Part shown: one piece after another, positions 1-11,072 of the stretch
Layout: each line of letters begins with the position of its first letter
Position numbering within the stretch: the first letter of the stretch is position 1
Origin: Bacteroidota bacterium
GTDB lineage: Bacteria; Bacteroidota; Ignavibacteria; UBA10030; SZUA-254
DNA length: 58,676 nt
Reading direction: 5' to 3'
NCBI GenBank assembly: GCA_030019075.1
Contig: JASEHD010000003.1
Coordinates: 1 to 58,676 of the forward strand
Made by a program: the position numbers and the translations under genes
The notes under the pieces: generated by a model
Seen by the model: only the letters and a program-made list of their open reading frames with translations
Database searches by the model: none
What the model was told of the DNA's origin: nothing

Positions 1-730
1 CGACAATCTCTTTTTTCAATTGACAACAGCGATGAATGAGATGGAGGATGGTCGAAGACTCGACTCGTCGAGATGCTTGTCCACCTCTGGCGGAATGGAG
101 CGTAATCTTTGAATGATTTTGTTCAAGGAGCGAGAATAGATTTCGATCAAGAATCGCTCCATATTTTATAACTTCCGCCATTCCATTCCGGAATTCCCGT
201 GAAGGAAGAGTGTTCAATGTATTGACATCAATGAACACTTTCTTTGGTTGGTAAAAAGCGCCGATAAGATTTTTCCCAAGTGGATGATCGACTCCTACCT
301 TGCCGCCGATACTGCTATCGACTTGTGATAGGAGGGTGGTTGGAATTTGGATGAAAGGAACTCCGCGCATGAGTGTTGCCGCAACAAAACCGGCAAGATC
401 GCCAACCATTCCGCCGCCAAGTGCTATGATTAGAGAGTTTCGATCTGCCTTAAGTTTGAGAAGTTTATCTTCAAGAAGTTCTTTGGTTTTACGGGTTTTA
501 CTTTTTTCGCCTGCGGGGACTGATAGGAGATACGCTTCAATTTTATGTGAATGAAGTGTTTTGAGAAAATTATCACCGTAGAGTCGTTTGACGGTTGAAT
601 CGGTGATGATGAAATATTTTGAGAATTCATTTTGTTTTGCAAGTTCTTTCGCAATAAAAACGAGCTTTGTACCGATAATGATATCGTATGAGTTGTCTGT
701 TATTTTTTTTAGGTTAATATGCAGTTTCAT
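1..730 (-). CDS. aroB: 3-dehydroquinate synthase, N-terminal ~243 codons; the 3' end lies beyond the window start
   Basis: Not in the supplied ORF track because it is open at the window edge. My translation of the minus strand from the ATG at 730-728 reads MKLHINLKKITDNSYDIIIG...LIIALGGGMVGDLAGFVAATLMRGVPFIQIPTTLLSQVDSSIGGKVGVDHPLGKNLIGAFYQPK...NGMAEVIKYG. This is the typical AroB nucleotide loop and substrate/metal region. Confidence 0.85.
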   Translation of the reverse strand, partial: MKLHINLKKITDNSYDIIIGTKLVFIAKELAKQNEFSKYFIITDSTVKRLYGDNFLKTLHSHKIEAYLLSVPAGEKSKTRKTKELLEDKLLKLKADRNSLIIALGGGMVGDLAGFVAATLMRGVPFIQIPTTLLSQVDSSIGGKVGVDHPLGKNLIGAFYQPKKVFIDVNTLNTLPSREFRNGMAEVIKYGAILDRNLFSLLEQNHSKITLHSARGGQASRRVESSTILHLIHRCCQLKKEIV

Positions 731-861
731 CTTTATTTCTTTGCATCCTTAGCGATCTTTGCGAGAAATTATTCACACTCCCCCCATTAGTCGGGATAAA
801 CTTCTACGCGGATAACGCGGAATTTATTAAAGATACAAACTTTTAGGGATTTTCCAGAATC

Positions 862-2406
862 TCACGCCATCCACAAATTCCTATCCAAGCTCCTGTACTG
901 AATTGCCTCGCTGATATGTTCGGGTTTTATGTTTGGAGATGATGTGAGATCAGCGATAGTGCGTCCTACTTTAAGAATCCGATCATAAGCACGAGCGGAT
1001 AATCCTAATTTAGTAATTGCCATCTTGAGTAATTCTTCTCCGGCGGAATCAAGCTTGCAATAATTTTGAATATCCTTCGATTGCATATCAGCATTACTGT
1101 ACATCCCTTTCCGCCCAGCGAAACGTTTCATCTGAACTTCACGTGCCTGAACAACCCGATCACGAATTTTCTGGGATGCTTCGCTCGCATTCTTACTTGC
1201 TAATTCTTTGTATTTCACTGCAGGGACGTCGATATGAAGATCAATCCTATCGAGAAGTGGTCCTGAAATCTTTGCCATGTATTTCTGGATTTGAAGTGAA
1301 TTGCAAGTGCATTCTTTCATTGGGTCTGTAAAGTAACCGCATGGACACGGATTCATCGCACACACCATCATGAAGTTAGCAGGATAATCAATCGACATTT
1401 TTGAGCGGCTGATGGTTACATGTCCGTCTTCAAGCGGCTGGCGAAGAACTTCTAAAACATTCCGTGCAAATTCAGGTAGTTCATCCAAAAATAAAACACC
1501 ATGATGTGAAAGCGAAATTTCTCCCGGTCGTGGAATTGTTCCTCCACCAACCAATGCGCTATCGGAAATTGTATGATGAGGTGAGCGAAAAGGTCTTGTA
1601 GATATCAATGCTGTATCGGGAGGAAGTAAACCGGCTACTGAGTGAATTTTTGTTGTCTCAATTGCTTCATCGAATGTGAGCGGAGGAAGAATCGTCGGCA
1701 ATCGTTTTGCAAGCATCGTTTTCCCGGAGCCGGGTGGACCGATCATTATAATGTTATGCCCACCTGCGGCGGCAACTTCGAGCGCACGCTTTACGTTTTC
1801 CTGTCCCTTCACATCGGAGAAATCAGTTGGATATCTTTGCTCAGTCGAAAAGATTTCTTTTAAGTCGACGTGAAATGGTTTTAGTATTTTATATTCACCA
1901 TTCAAAAACGAAACAGTTTCTACAAGTGAATCCATTGGATAGACTTCAAGCCCTTCAACCATCGCAGCTTCTTTTGCATTCTCTCTTGGAACTATCATAC
2001 CGCGAATGTTATTTTTCTTAACTTCAACTGCAATTGGCAAAGTGCCATGAATAGGGCGGAGTGTGCCGTCGAGCGCCAACTCGCCAAGCAAGACGAATTT
2101 GTTGAGAATATCGGTTAATGCTTGATCTGTTGCAGCAAGAATCCCTATTGCGATTGGCAAATCGAAAGCGGAACCCTCTTTCCTAATATCTGCTGGTGCA
2201 AGATTGACAGTTATCCTGCTGTTCTGTGGAAATCGAAATCCGGTTGTTTTTATTGCTGCATAAACTCGATCACGACTTTCTTTTACGGCATTATCAGGTA
2301 AACCGACAACATTAAATATTGCCGATGACGGTGCAATATGCGTTTCAACCTCAACAATGTGAGCCTTTATTCCTAAAGTCGAACCGCTTAATATGTGTGA
2401 AAACAT
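862..2406 (-). CDS. comM: Mg-chelatase-like AAA+ protein, YifB/ComM family
   Basis: 514-aa ORF with an N-terminal Lon-like domain, Walker A GPPGSGKT, Walker [11 protein letters not shown] and a ChlI-like C-terminal region. Confidence 0.9.
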   Translation of the reverse strand: MFSHILSGSTLGIKAHIVEVETHIAPSSAIFNVVGLPDNAVKESRDRVYAAIKTTGFRFPQNSRITVNLAPADIRKEGSAFDLPIAIGILAATDQALTDILNKFVLLGELALDGTLRPIHGTLPIAVEVKKNNIRGMIVPRENAKEAAMVEGLEVYPMDSLVETVSFLNGEYKILKPFHVDLKEIFSTEQRYPTDFSDVKGQENVKRALEVAAAGGHNIIMIGPPGSGKTMLAKRLPTILPPLTFDEAIETTKIHSVAGLLPPDTALISTRPFRSPHHTISDSALVGGGTIPRPGEISLSHHGVLFLDELPEFARNVLEVLRQPLEDGHVTISRSKMSIDYPANFMMVCAMNPCPCGYFTDPMKECTCNSLQIQKYMAKISGPLLDRIDLHIDVPAVKYKELASKNASEASQKIRDRVVQAREVQMKRFAGRKGMYSNADMQSKDIQNYCKLDSAGEELLKMAITKLGLSARAYDRILKVGRTIADLTSSPNIKPEHISEAIQYRSLDRNLWMA

Positions 2407-2555
2407 ACTACATTACTCCCCAAATGTTTTCTTAGAAATTAAGGAATGAATCTGAAAATCGCAAATTTGAAATAACGTTGCATTTCGAGGAATTTTTATG
2501 TATCATACTTATGTTATTATGATGTGGTTACGATTAAAATAAAAGGATTTAACAC

Positions 2556-4907
2556 TTGCCTTTACTCAAATTAGTTCTCTCACTCAGTTTGATTTTTTCA
2601 CTGATAGTGATATTCTCCAGTTGTTCAATATACGATAATGTCACTGGTTATTTCAATACCTATTATAATGCAAAAAAGCTTTTCAATGATGCTGAATATG
2701 AAATTGAGAATACTCCACAGAAAGACCGTGATACCAATTATTTCGCCATATACAATATCCCCAAAGGCACCAAAGATAAACTTGATAAGGTAATAGAGAA
2801 ATGTTCTAAGCTTATTCAATTTTATCCAAAAAGTGCATGGATAGACGATGCGATATCAATGATTGGTAAATCGTACATTTACAAAGGAGAGAATGAATCA
2901 GCAATAAGAAAATTCAAGGAATTAATTGACAATTTTCCTGATAGCGATCTTCGTTATGAAGGGAAACTATGGTTAGCAGTTTCTTTATATCAGATGAAAA
3001 AATGGGATGAAGCTTTAATGATGATAAAAGAATCGGCACCAGAAATTAAAAAAGCAGGGGAGGATGATATACTTTTAAAATTGTCGATGCTCGAAGGACA
3101 AATATTGATTGAACGGGAAGATTACAGTTTAGCTGCGACGTCTCTCATGCTTGCAGCATTAACTCCGGGTGATAGCAAATTGATGAATCATCTATACAAT
3201 AAACTCGGACAATGCTATGAAAATATAAATGAGTATGGGAAAGCGGCTGATGCGTTTGGAAATGGGGCAAAATACAAAACCGATTTTGCGAGAGAACTTC
3301 AGACACGACTGAAACAGGGGAGAATGTTATCTTTAGCTGGAAAGTATGAAGAGGCACTCGAATCATTCGAAGAATTGAAGGATGAAAAATTAAAACCTGA
3401 AGAGCAAGGGTTGGTAGATTTGGAGATTGCGAACAACTATTGGCGGCAGAATGATTCTGTAAAAGCTTTTGATCTTTACACCTATATTGATTCAACGTAC
3501 AAACGCTCGGATGCCGCCGCAAAATGTCATTTCCAGCGTGGACATATCTACGAAAAAACATATCGCGACCTAAAGTTAGCACAAAATTATTATGATAAAG
3601 CGAAAGCCGAGTTCCCAAATTCCGAGGTAACTGCCCTTGCACAAAAAAAAGCACTGATACTATCAAACTATTTTAAATACAAAACAAATTTAAATAATTA
3701 CGACTCGCTACTCAGACAAGCTATCATTGCAGAGACAACTAAGGTTCAAACTAATTTATTGGAAGTTGAATCCGATTCATCAAAATCTGTTTCTTCAAAA
3801 ACGGATACGATTCAAAAATCTAACGATTCGATTAAAATAGTAGAAACTTCCAAAGATATCCGTCGGAACAGATCCCAACGATGGCGAGATGAACTTCAAG
3901 ATACTTTGCAAAATATTGATGCTGAACTTTTTGATCCAGAGAATGAATATTCTGAATATCTTGGAGAAGATTCTTTAGAGATATCAAATGTTATTAGTAA
4001 TGATCTTGATCTGGTAGATTCGAAAGTAGATAAAATATCAGTGAAGGATAGCAGTATATCAATCCAAGATACTTCAAAAACCGCCAAAAAATCACCACCA
4101 GTTATCGTTATAGCTCCCATAAAACCCGACTCAATACGATCGTTAATTGCCAAAGCTAAATTCGAGCTTGCAGCTCTGTTTCTAAATGAACTGAATTTAT
4201 TAGACTCAGGGATGATTTGGTATAACGATATGGTAACAAATTATCCAAACTCGCCCCTCGTTCCAAGAGCACTCTATGCAATTTCGGAAATATATCACTC
4301 AATAACCGATTCTTCGAAAGTTGATTCAGTCTATAAAATTATTTTGGAAAGTTATAATGAAACTGATTATGCGATTCAGGTGAAAAAGAATTTAGGTATG
4401 GAAGTCGGTCCGGCTAAGATAGATTCAGCCGAACTATTATTCAAAAATGCTGAAAATCTTCTTCAATTGGAGAAGATTACTACTGCTTTACAAGGATATC
4501 GGTCGGTCACCAGAGTGTATCCGACTTCGCCTTTTGCACCCAAAGCATTATATGCGATAGGATGGATTTATGAAACTATACTGGTTAATAACGATAGTGC
4601 GGCAGCATGGTATAAAATTTTAATTGATGAATATCCTAAATCTATTTATGCTGATGAAGTAAAGCCGAAAGTTGCTGTAAAGGACGATCCGAATAGTCTA
4701 TCACAATTTGTTAAGACAAAGGATATACAAGCTGTCCCAAAAACTGAAGCACCAAAACCTGTAGGTAAATCGGTTGTCCCTCGACCTGATAAAGACTTAC
4801 CACGGGATGAGCAGATACGACGACAGCGAGAGAGGGAGAAAGATCAGGATATCGAAGACATTGAGGACGATGAACCTATCTCCGACGAAGATGATGATGG
4901 GGGTTAA
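2556..4907 (+). CDS. TPR-repeat lipoprotein (YbgF/BamD-like repeats) with an acidic C-terminal tail
   Basis: TTG start. The signal peptide ends in a lipobox-like FSSC. Units of the form YP.S..AP.ALYAI.. recur, and the C-terminus is DEDDDGG low complexity. Confidence 0.6.
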   Translation: MPLLKLVLSLSLIFSLIVIFSSCSIYDNVTGYFNTYYNAKKLFNDAEYEIENTPQKDRDTNYFAIYNIPKGTKDKLDKVIEKCSKLIQFYPKSAWIDDAISMIGKSYIYKGENESAIRKFKELIDNFPDSDLRYEGKLWLAVSLYQMKKWDEALMMIKESAPEIKKAGEDDILLKLSMLEGQILIEREDYSLAATSLMLAALTPGDSKLMNHLYNKLGQCYENINEYGKAADAFGNGAKYKTDFARELQTRLKQGRMLSLAGKYEEALESFEELKDEKLKPEEQGLVDLEIANNYWRQNDSVKAFDLYTYIDSTYKRSDAAAKCHFQRGHIYEKTYRDLKLAQNYYDKAKAEFPNSEVTALAQKKALILSNYFKYKTNLNNYDSLLRQAIIAETTKVQTNLLEVESDSSKSVSSKTDTIQKSNDSIKIVETSKDIRRNRSQRWRDELQDTLQNIDAELFDPENEYSEYLGEDSLEISNVISNDLDLVDSKVDKISVKDSSISIQDTSKTAKKSPPVIVIAPIKPDSIRSLIAKAKFELAALFLNELNLLDSGMIWYNDMVTNYPNSPLVPRALYAISEIYHSITDSSKVDSVYKIILESYNETDYAIQVKKNLGMEVGPAKIDSAELLFKNAENLLQLEKITTALQGYRSVTRVYPTSPFAPKALYAIGWIYETILVNNDSAAAWYKILIDEYPKSIYADEVKPKVAVKDDPNSLSQFVKTKDIQAVPKTEAPKPVGKSVVPRPDKDLPRDEQIRRQREREKDQDIEDIEDDEPISDEDDDGG

Positions 4908-4933
4908 TAAGTAAAAGAGCGAAGTTTCTATCT

Positions 4934-5710
4934 ATGATTCAAGTTGAATCTCTAATAACTCATATTGATAATCCCTCGGAGAATATATTCATATTTACAA
5001 TCAATTCTCCACAGATAGCTGCCAAAGCTGAACCGGGCCAATTTCTTAATATTAAAGTTAATGATAGCACTGTTCCTCTTCTCCGCAGACCTTTTAGTGT
5101 GTATCATACAAATGGGGAAGAGGTTAGTATAATTTTTAATATCGTTGGGCAAGGAACTAAAATATTATCTACTAAGAAAGTTGGTGATATGCTTAATATT
5201 ATCGGTCCGCTCGGGAATTCTTTCCATATAGAAGAAGATTATTTGACTGCTGTACTTGTTGGCGGTGGATTAGGAGTTGCTCCATTCCCATTATTGGTGA
5301 AGAAATTGAAAGTTAAAAATAAGAGAACTATCACCTTTCTTGGCGCACGCAAAGCTGATCAGGTGATTACGAATAATCTTGAAGATGTAAAAATTGCAAC
5401 CGATGATGGCAGCGCAGGATATCATGGTACTGTGGTTGCATTAGTTGAACAATATCTTCAAAGCAGAGAGATAGAAAAACCGAAGATTTATGCTTGTGGC
5501 CCAGTGCCTATGTTGAATGCACTTGCTGATGTGATTAAACTTCATCAGGTGGAATGTGAAATGTCGCTTGAGGTTAATATGGCTTGCGGATTTGGAATTT
5601 GCCAGGGTTGTGTAATAGAGTTATCAACCCCAGAAAGAAAGTACGCTCTTGTTTGTAAGGATGGTCCGATGTTTAACAGTCGAATTATTAAGTTTCCAAT
5701 AAATGGTTAA
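4934..5710 (+). CDS. pyrK: Dihydroorotate dehydrogenase (class 1B) electron-transfer subunit
   Basis: Ferredoxin-reductase-type motifs RPFS and GGGLGVAP. C-terminal 2Fe-2S cysteines CGFGICQGC...C. Overlaps pyrD by 8 nt. Confidence 0.85.
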   Translation: MIQVESLITHIDNPSENIFIFTINSPQIAAKAEPGQFLNIKVNDSTVPLLRRPFSVYHTNGEEVSIIFNIVGQGTKILSTKKVGDMLNIIGPLGNSFHIEEDYLTAVLVGGGLGVAPFPLLVKKLKVKNKRTITFLGARKADQVITNNLEDVKIATDDGSAGYHGTVVALVEQYLQSREIEKPKIYACGPVPMLNALADVIKLHQVECEMSLEVNMACGFGICQGCVIELSTPERKYALVCKDGPMFNSRIIKFPING

Positions 5711-6614
5711 TACAGCTATAAAGATTGGTCCTCTTACGCTGAAAAATCCGGTGATTGTTGCTTCAGGCACTTTTGGTTATGGGGATGAATGCAAAGACTA
5801 CGTTAATTTAAGTAACCTGGGTGGAATTATAACGAAATCATTATCGTTTCACCCTCGTGTTGGAAATCCTCCACCTCGAATTGTTGAAACTGCCAGCGGT
5901 ATGCTGAATTCGATCGGGCTTGCAAATATCGGAGTTAAAAAATTTATTAATGAAAAACTTCCATGTCTTAAAAATCTCCAGACAACCGTTATCGCGAATA
6001 TCGCGGGTAGTACTATCGAAGAATATTATGAGATCGTTTCTGCTCTCGAGCATCACGAGGGAATTCACGGGTACGAGATAAATGTATCTTGTCCTAATGT
6101 TAAGGAGGGTGGATTAAGTTTCGGAATAAGTTGTGATGCGACGAAAGAAATAACCAAAGGTGTAAGGAAAATAACAAAAAAGGCGTTGATCGTGAAATTA
6201 ACTCCGAATATCACTCGCATTTCTGATGTCGCTTGTGTAGCTGAGGATGAAGGAGCAGATGCAGTTTCGGTAATGAATACGGTCGTAGGTATGGCTGTTG
6301 ATGTGAGAACATGGAAACCAAAATTATCTACAATAACTGGTGGACTTTCAGGTCCAGCTATTAAACCTATTGCGTTAGCGAAGGTTTATGAAGTTGCAAG
6401 GGTCGTAAAGATTCCGATTATTGGAATTGGTGGAATATCATCTACGGAAGACGCAATCGAATTTTTTCTTGTAGGTGCCTCAGCAATTCAAATTGGGACA
6501 GCGAATTTCATAGATCCTAATATCAGTATTAAAATTGTTGATGGGATTCAACAATATTGCGAAGATAAAAATATTGATTCTGTAACTCAATTGGTTGGGG
6601 CTCTCAAGGTCTAA
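5703..6614 (+). CDS. pyrD: Dihydroorotate dehydrogenase, catalytic subunit (class 1B)
   Basis: 303 aa with SGTFGYG, NVSCPN (active-site Cys loop) and IGIGGISS FMN-binding motifs. Adjacent to pyrK. Confidence 0.9.
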   Translation: MVNTAIKIGPLTLKNPVIVASGTFGYGDECKDYVNLSNLGGIITKSLSFHPRVGNPPPRIVETASGMLNSIGLANIGVKKFINEKLPCLKNLQTTVIANIAGSTIEEYYEIVSALEHHEGIHGYEINVSCPNVKEGGLSFGISCDATKEITKGVRKITKKALIVKLTPNITRISDVACVAEDEGADAVSVMNTVVGMAVDVRTWKPKLSTITGGLSGPAIKPIALAKVYEVARVVKIPIIGIGGISSTEDAIEFFLVGASAIQIGTANFIDPNISIKIVDGIQQYCEDKNIDSVTQLVGALKV

Positions 6615-6629
6615 TTAATTCATATCATT

Positions 6630-7925
6630 GTGTCAGAGATCGGAAACACATTAAAGTTTTTATATAAACTTGAATTATTTGGTATCAAGGTCGGACTTCA
6701 GAATATTCGAGCGTTACTGCAATACCTTGGAAACCCAGAAAACAATTTTCCTTCAGTGCATATCGCTGGAACAAATGGGAAAGGTTCCACTGCCTCGATG
6801 ATTGCATCTATTCTCACGGCATCCGGATATAGAACAGGATTGTATACATCTCCGCATTTAGTCAATTTCACAGAGAGAATAAGAATTGATGGGAAAAAAA
6901 TCCCTGAAAATATACTCGTTGGTTATACAAAAATTCTTCACTCGAAAATCGTAGAATATAAAGCGACCTTCTTTGAGGCAACCACAGCGATCGCATTTCA
7001 ATATTTTAGTGATCAGCAAGTTGACATCGCTGTTATTGAAACCGGATTAGGTGGGCGTTGGGATGCAACAAATGTTATTTCTCCATTAGCAAGCATAATA
7101 ACAAATATTGGATTAGAGCATACTGAATATCTGGGGAAAACATATTCGAGCATTGCATTCGAGAAGGGTGGGATTATTAAACCCTACACTCCCTGTTTAA
7201 CCGGCACAAATAACAAAGAAGCGCTTCAGCAGCTAAAAAATATTGCTCATCTAAATTCTTCTTTTATCAAACATGTTGATGAGCAAAGCCGGATAGTTGC
7301 AGTAAAGGAAACAATAAACGGACAAACGATCCACTTGCAAACGGAAAATAATGAATACAGGAATTTATTTTTACCGCTCGTAGGTGATCATCAAAAAAAC
7401 AATTTCCAACTTGCTATATTAACGGTTGAACATCTGAAAGAATACGAGGGCTATTCGAATATTACAAAAAGAAATATAACAGATGGTCTTGCAAACGTTG
7501 CAAGGTATTCGGGTATAAGAGGTCGTTTCGACATTGTCTGCAACGACCCTTTGATGATTGCAGACGTGGCACATAATCCCGATGGAATTCAAACACTCGT
7601 TAGCAATTTGAAGCGATTTATTGGGGGGAAAAATATTATTGTGTTCGGTGTGATGAAAGATAAAGAATACAAAAGAATGATCCAATCCCTCAGTTTGGGA
7701 ATACGCCTTGCGATTGCAGTTACTCCAAAAACGAATCGTGCTCTTGAAAGTAGGATTATTTTAAACGAATTCAACCGAAATTCGATAAAATCGGTAAATA
7801 TAGAATCGGTTGGAAAGGGGATTCAATATGCCCGAAACGAAGTAAGGCATAATGAAGCAATCATTCTTACGGGTTCTAATTATTTAGTGGGTGAAGGTTT
7901 CAAATTTCTTGAATTAATCCCATAA
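6630..7925 (+). CDS. folC: Bifunctional folylpolyglutamate synthase / dihydrofolate synthase
   Basis: GTG start. Mur-ligase P-loop HIAGTNGKGST, plus IETGLGGRWDATN and DVAHNPDG motifs. Confidence 0.85.
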   Translation: MSEIGNTLKFLYKLELFGIKVGLQNIRALLQYLGNPENNFPSVHIAGTNGKGSTASMIASILTASGYRTGLYTSPHLVNFTERIRIDGKKIPENILVGYTKILHSKIVEYKATFFEATTAIAFQYFSDQQVDIAVIETGLGGRWDATNVISPLASIITNIGLEHTEYLGKTYSSIAFEKGGIIKPYTPCLTGTNNKEALQQLKNIAHLNSSFIKHVDEQSRIVAVKETINGQTIHLQTENNEYRNLFLPLVGDHQKNNFQLAILTVEHLKEYEGYSNITKRNITDGLANVARYSGIRGRFDIVCNDPLMIADVAHNPDGIQTLVSNLKRFIGGKNIIVFGVMKDKEYKRMIQSLSLGIRLAIAVTPKTNRALESRIILNEFNRNSIKSVNIESVGKGIQYARNEVRHNEAIILTGSNYLVGEGFKFLELIP

Positions 7926-8138
7926 AAACTTGCTTTTTATAATGAAAGCTTATATATTACAAAAACTTAAAGAGGAAGGTCCTCAACACAACGTTCAGAT
8001 AGATTGTAAACCACCATTAGACTTATCAAAATATAAATCCGAATTGCATTACATCAAAGACTTAACTCTTTATGTAAGGTGAAAGGATGTTATCATACAA
8101 ATATTGTTATTGATTTATTATAAGGAAGTAAAACTACC

Positions 8139-9392
8139 ATGCCGATGGACATTGCAGAACTGAAATCTAAGAAGATTGCAGAACTGACTAACATTGCGAA
8201 GGATATGAATATAACTGGTTATGCGGATCTCCGTAAACAGGAACTTATATTCAGAATCCTTGAAGTTCAAACTGAGAAGGATGGACTCACATTCAGTAAA
8301 GGAGTTTTAGAAACATTACCCGATGGTTATGGATTCCTTCGTTCTGTTGATTATAATTATTTACCATCACCTGATGATATTTACGTTTCACCATCACAGA
8401 TTAAAAAATTTAGTTTAAGAACAGGCGATTCTGTAAGTGGACAGGTGCGCCCACCGAAGGAAGGTGAACGATTCTTCGCATTGCTGCGTGTAGAAGCTGT
8501 CAATGATGAAAATCCAGACGCCATCCGTGACCGAGTTCTTTTTGATAACTTAACACCACTTTATCCGAATAATCGCCTGAAGCTTGAAACAGCACCGGGT
8601 GAATATTCCATGCGTATAATGGATTTACTTTCCCCACTCGGCAAGGGCCAGCGCGGCATGATAGTATCACCGCCAAAAGCCGGTAAAACTATCCTGCTTC
8701 AGAAAATTGCAAACAGCATCCTTAGAAATCACCCTGAGGTTGTACTAATCGTACTGCTAATTGATGAAAGACCTGAAGAGGTAACCGACATGGAAAGGTC
8801 GGTGAATGCAGAAGTCATTAGTTCGACGTTCGACGAGCCGCCAGAACGTCACGTCCAGGTCGCGGATATGGTTCATGAGAAAGCTAAACGTTTGGTTGAA
8901 ACTAAAAAAGATGTAGTCATATTGTTAGATAGTATAACGCGCCTTGCACGAGCGCATAATACTGTCGTGCCTCATAGTGGTAAAATCCTCTCTGGTGGTG
9001 TTGATGCAAATGCACTTCATCGCCCGAAGCGTTTTTTCGGTGCTGCCAGAAATGTTGAAGAGGGTGGCAGTCTGACGATTATCGCGACTGCATTAATTGA
9101 AACCGGAAGTCGGATGGACGAAGTGATCTTTGAAGAGTTCAAAGGTACTGGGAATATGGAAATAATATTAGATCGGAAATTAAGTGATCGTCGTACTTTC
9201 CCAGCCATGGATGTCAACCGCTCTGGTACACGTAAAGAAGAATTATTGTTAGAAGCAGATGAATTGAATCGTGTTTGGATTCTAAGGAAGCTCCTAAGCG
9301 AGTTCTCCACAATAGAAGCTATGGAATTCCTGATAGATAAAATGCGTGGAACAAAATCGAATAAAGAATTTTTACGCTCGATGAATAACTAA
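8139..9392 (+). CDS. rho: Transcription termination factor Rho
   Basis: N-terminal Rho RNA-binding domain (GYGFLR), Walker A SPPKAGKT, the [25 protein letters not shown] region and a KGTGNME tail. Confidence 0.95.
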   Translation: MPMDIAELKSKKIAELTNIAKDMNITGYADLRKQELIFRILEVQTEKDGLTFSKGVLETLPDGYGFLRSVDYNYLPSPDDIYVSPSQIKKFSLRTGDSVSGQVRPPKEGERFFALLRVEAVNDENPDAIRDRVLFDNLTPLYPNNRLKLETAPGEYSMRIMDLLSPLGKGQRGMIVSPPKAGKTILLQKIANSILRNHPEVVLIVLLIDERPEEVTDMERSVNAEVISSTFDEPPERHVQVADMVHEKAKRLVETKKDVVILLDSITRLARAHNTVVPHSGKILSGGVDANALHRPKRFFGAARNVEEGGSLTIIATALIETGSRMDEVIFEEFKGTGNMEIILDRKLSDRRTFPAMDVNRSGTRKEELLLEADELNRVWILRKLLSEFSTIEAMEFLIDKMRGTKSNKEFLRSMNN

Positions 9393-9448
9393 TATTTTCA
9401 TTATTTTATGAAAAAAATTTAAATAAGATTAAATTCTGTGATTTTCTC

Positions 9449-9477
9449 TTGACTTTCTCCTGAGCAAATCTTAAATT
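9449..9477 (+). promoter_or_regulatory. Candidate sigma70-type promoter for the OmpA-family gene
   Basis: TTGACT (9449-9454), a 17-nt spacer, then TAAATT (9472-9477), about 30 nt upstream of the ATG at 9509. Confidence 0.35.
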
Positions 9478-9508
9478 GGTCTGTCCAATAAAAATCTATT
9501 ATTAACTT

Positions 9509-11029
9509 ATGATAAAGCCTAAATACAGACTCTTATTACTCGTAGCTGTAACAATAATCATTAATACTGGCTTTTCCCAAGATCTATCAAACGCTTATGG
9601 TGTTGGAACATCGTTTGGAATAGCAATCCCGCGTACGGATATAGACGATAATAAAGAATCTCCCATCGCACGCGCTTTTTTCAGATATTATCCAAGTCCG
9701 GGTATCGGATTGGAAGCTGGCTTTGGGTTGGGGACATTAGAAGCAGAAAAAGATCCCCTTTTTTTTACCTCTTCTATCTATCCTTTTGATTTTAGGTTTA
9801 TTGTTCAACCTGTTACCAAAAGTGATTTCATACCATATTTCTTTGGCGGTGTTGGTACTATTTTTTTTAACCCCAAGGATAAAAACAATAACCTTTTAAA
9901 ATACAATGCAAGGGGAGATTATAATAAAACAACAACATATTTTCCGATAGGGGTTGGCGGGCATGTGTTAATCTCTAAAAATACATCCGTCGGAATAAGT
10001 GGGACGTACAATTATACCTCTACCAAATATCTTGATGATATTAAATCGAGTAAAAACGACTCTTACTGGAGTATCACATTAAATCTTTTTGCCTTTCTAC
10101 GCGCTGAGAATCCTGACCTCGATGGTGATAAATTATTAAATAATGAAGAAAAACAAATTGGGACAGATCCACTTAATCCCGATACTGATGGAGATCGTTT
10201 AAAAGATGGAGAAGAAGTTCACACTTATAAAACTAATCCTTTAATTCCCGATACTGACGGAGACGGATTGACGGATGGTGATGAAGTACTAAAATATCGT
10301 ACCAATCCGTTAAAGAAAGATACCGATGGTGATGGATTAACTGATGGTGATGAAGTGTTAAAATATTATACAGATCCGTTAAAGGTGGATACCGATGGAG
10401 ATGGTCTAACCGATGGTGACGAGGTGCTGAAGTATCGTACCAACCCCCTTAAAGTTGATACAGATGGTGATGGTTTGAGTGATGGTGACGAAGTGCTTAA
10501 ATATAGAACCGATCCATTGAAAGTTGATACAGACGGTGATGGATTGAATGATGGTGATGAAGTATTAAAGCATCGGACGGATCCCTTAAAGATAGATACT
10601 GATGGCGGTGGAATGCCAGATGGAAAAGAGGTTCAATTGGCATTAAATCCGCTTGATTCAAAAGATGATGTGCCTATTATCAGTGTTGGTGAGCGTATCA
10701 TCCTTGAAGGTGTAAATTTTGAGACAGCTAAAACAACATTATTACCTAATGCAAAAACTATTCTTGATCAGGTTGCAGTCAGCTTGATAGCGAACTCCTC
10801 CGTAGAAGTTGCTATCTATGGTCATACAGATAATGTAGGTGGAGCGAAATATAACATGGAACTTTCAACAGGTAGGGCTGAAGCTGTAAAAGCGTACCTT
10901 GTAAGCAAGGGGATAGATGCAAAACGCATAACCACAAAAGGTTTTGGATTTACGAAACCGATTGAAGATAATTCTACTCCAGATGGCAGAGCCAAGAATA
11001 GAAGAATTGAATTTGTCAGAATTAAGTAA
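9509..11029 (+). CDS. OmpA-family outer-membrane protein with thrombospondin type-3 (Ca-binding) repeats
   Basis: Signal peptide, an N-terminal beta-barrel-like region, about 8 repeats of DTDGDGLTDGDEVLKYRTNPLK, and a C-terminal OmpA domain (GHTDNVGGAKYNMELSTGRAEAV...NRRIEF). Confidence 0.85.
   Translation: MIKPKYRLLLLVAVTIIINTGFSQDLSNAYGVGTSFGIAIPRTDIDDNKESPIARAFFRYYPSPGIGLEAGFGLGTLEAEKDPLFFTSSIYPFDFRFIVQPVTKSDFIPYFFGGVGTIFFNPKDKNNNLLKYNARGDYNKTTTYFPIGVGGHVLISKNTSVGISGTYNYTSTKYLDDIKSSKNDSYWSITLNLFAFLRAENPDLDGDKLLNNEEKQIGTDPLNPDTDGDRLKDGEEVHTYKTNPLIPDTDGDGLTDGDEVLKYRTNPLKKDTDGDGLTDGDEVLKYYTDPLKVDTDGDGLTDGDEVLKYRTNPLKVDTDGDGLSDGDEVLKYRTDPLKVDTDGDGLNDGDEVLKHRTDPLKIDTDGGGMPDGKEVQLALNPLDSKDDVPIISVGERIILEGVNFETAKTTLLPNAKTILDQVAVSLIANSSVEVAIYGHTDNVGGAKYNMELSTGRAEAVKAYLVSKGIDAKRITTKGFGFTKPIEDNSTPDGRAKNRRIEFVRIK
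10115..10662 (+). repeat. In-frame tandem 69-nt (23-codon) TSP3 repeat array, about 8 units
   Basis: Successive units DLDGDK.., DTDGDRLKDGEE.., then 5 near-identical DTDGDGL(T/S/N)DGDEVLK(Y/H)(R/Y)T(N/D)PLK(V/K/I) units, then DTDGGGMPDGKE... Confidence 0.85.
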
Positions 11030-11072
11030 AGTATAATTCACCGTATAACAATATTAAACTCTATTTACGATT

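Noticed and set aside
300-654. The ORF-track entries 300..554 (+) and 430..654 (-) considered as genes.
   Set aside because: Both lie inside, and out of frame with, a much better minus-strand reading frame (1..730) whose translation is an unmistakable 3-dehydroquinate synthase N-terminus. They are shadow ORFs.
7926-8138. The 213-nt leader upstream of rho considered as an autoregulatory attenuator.
   Set aside because: It is G-poor in places and has a 10-bp hairpin near 8058-8088. There is no hairpin-plus-T-run and no distinctive C-rich rut-like tract that I could defend by eye.
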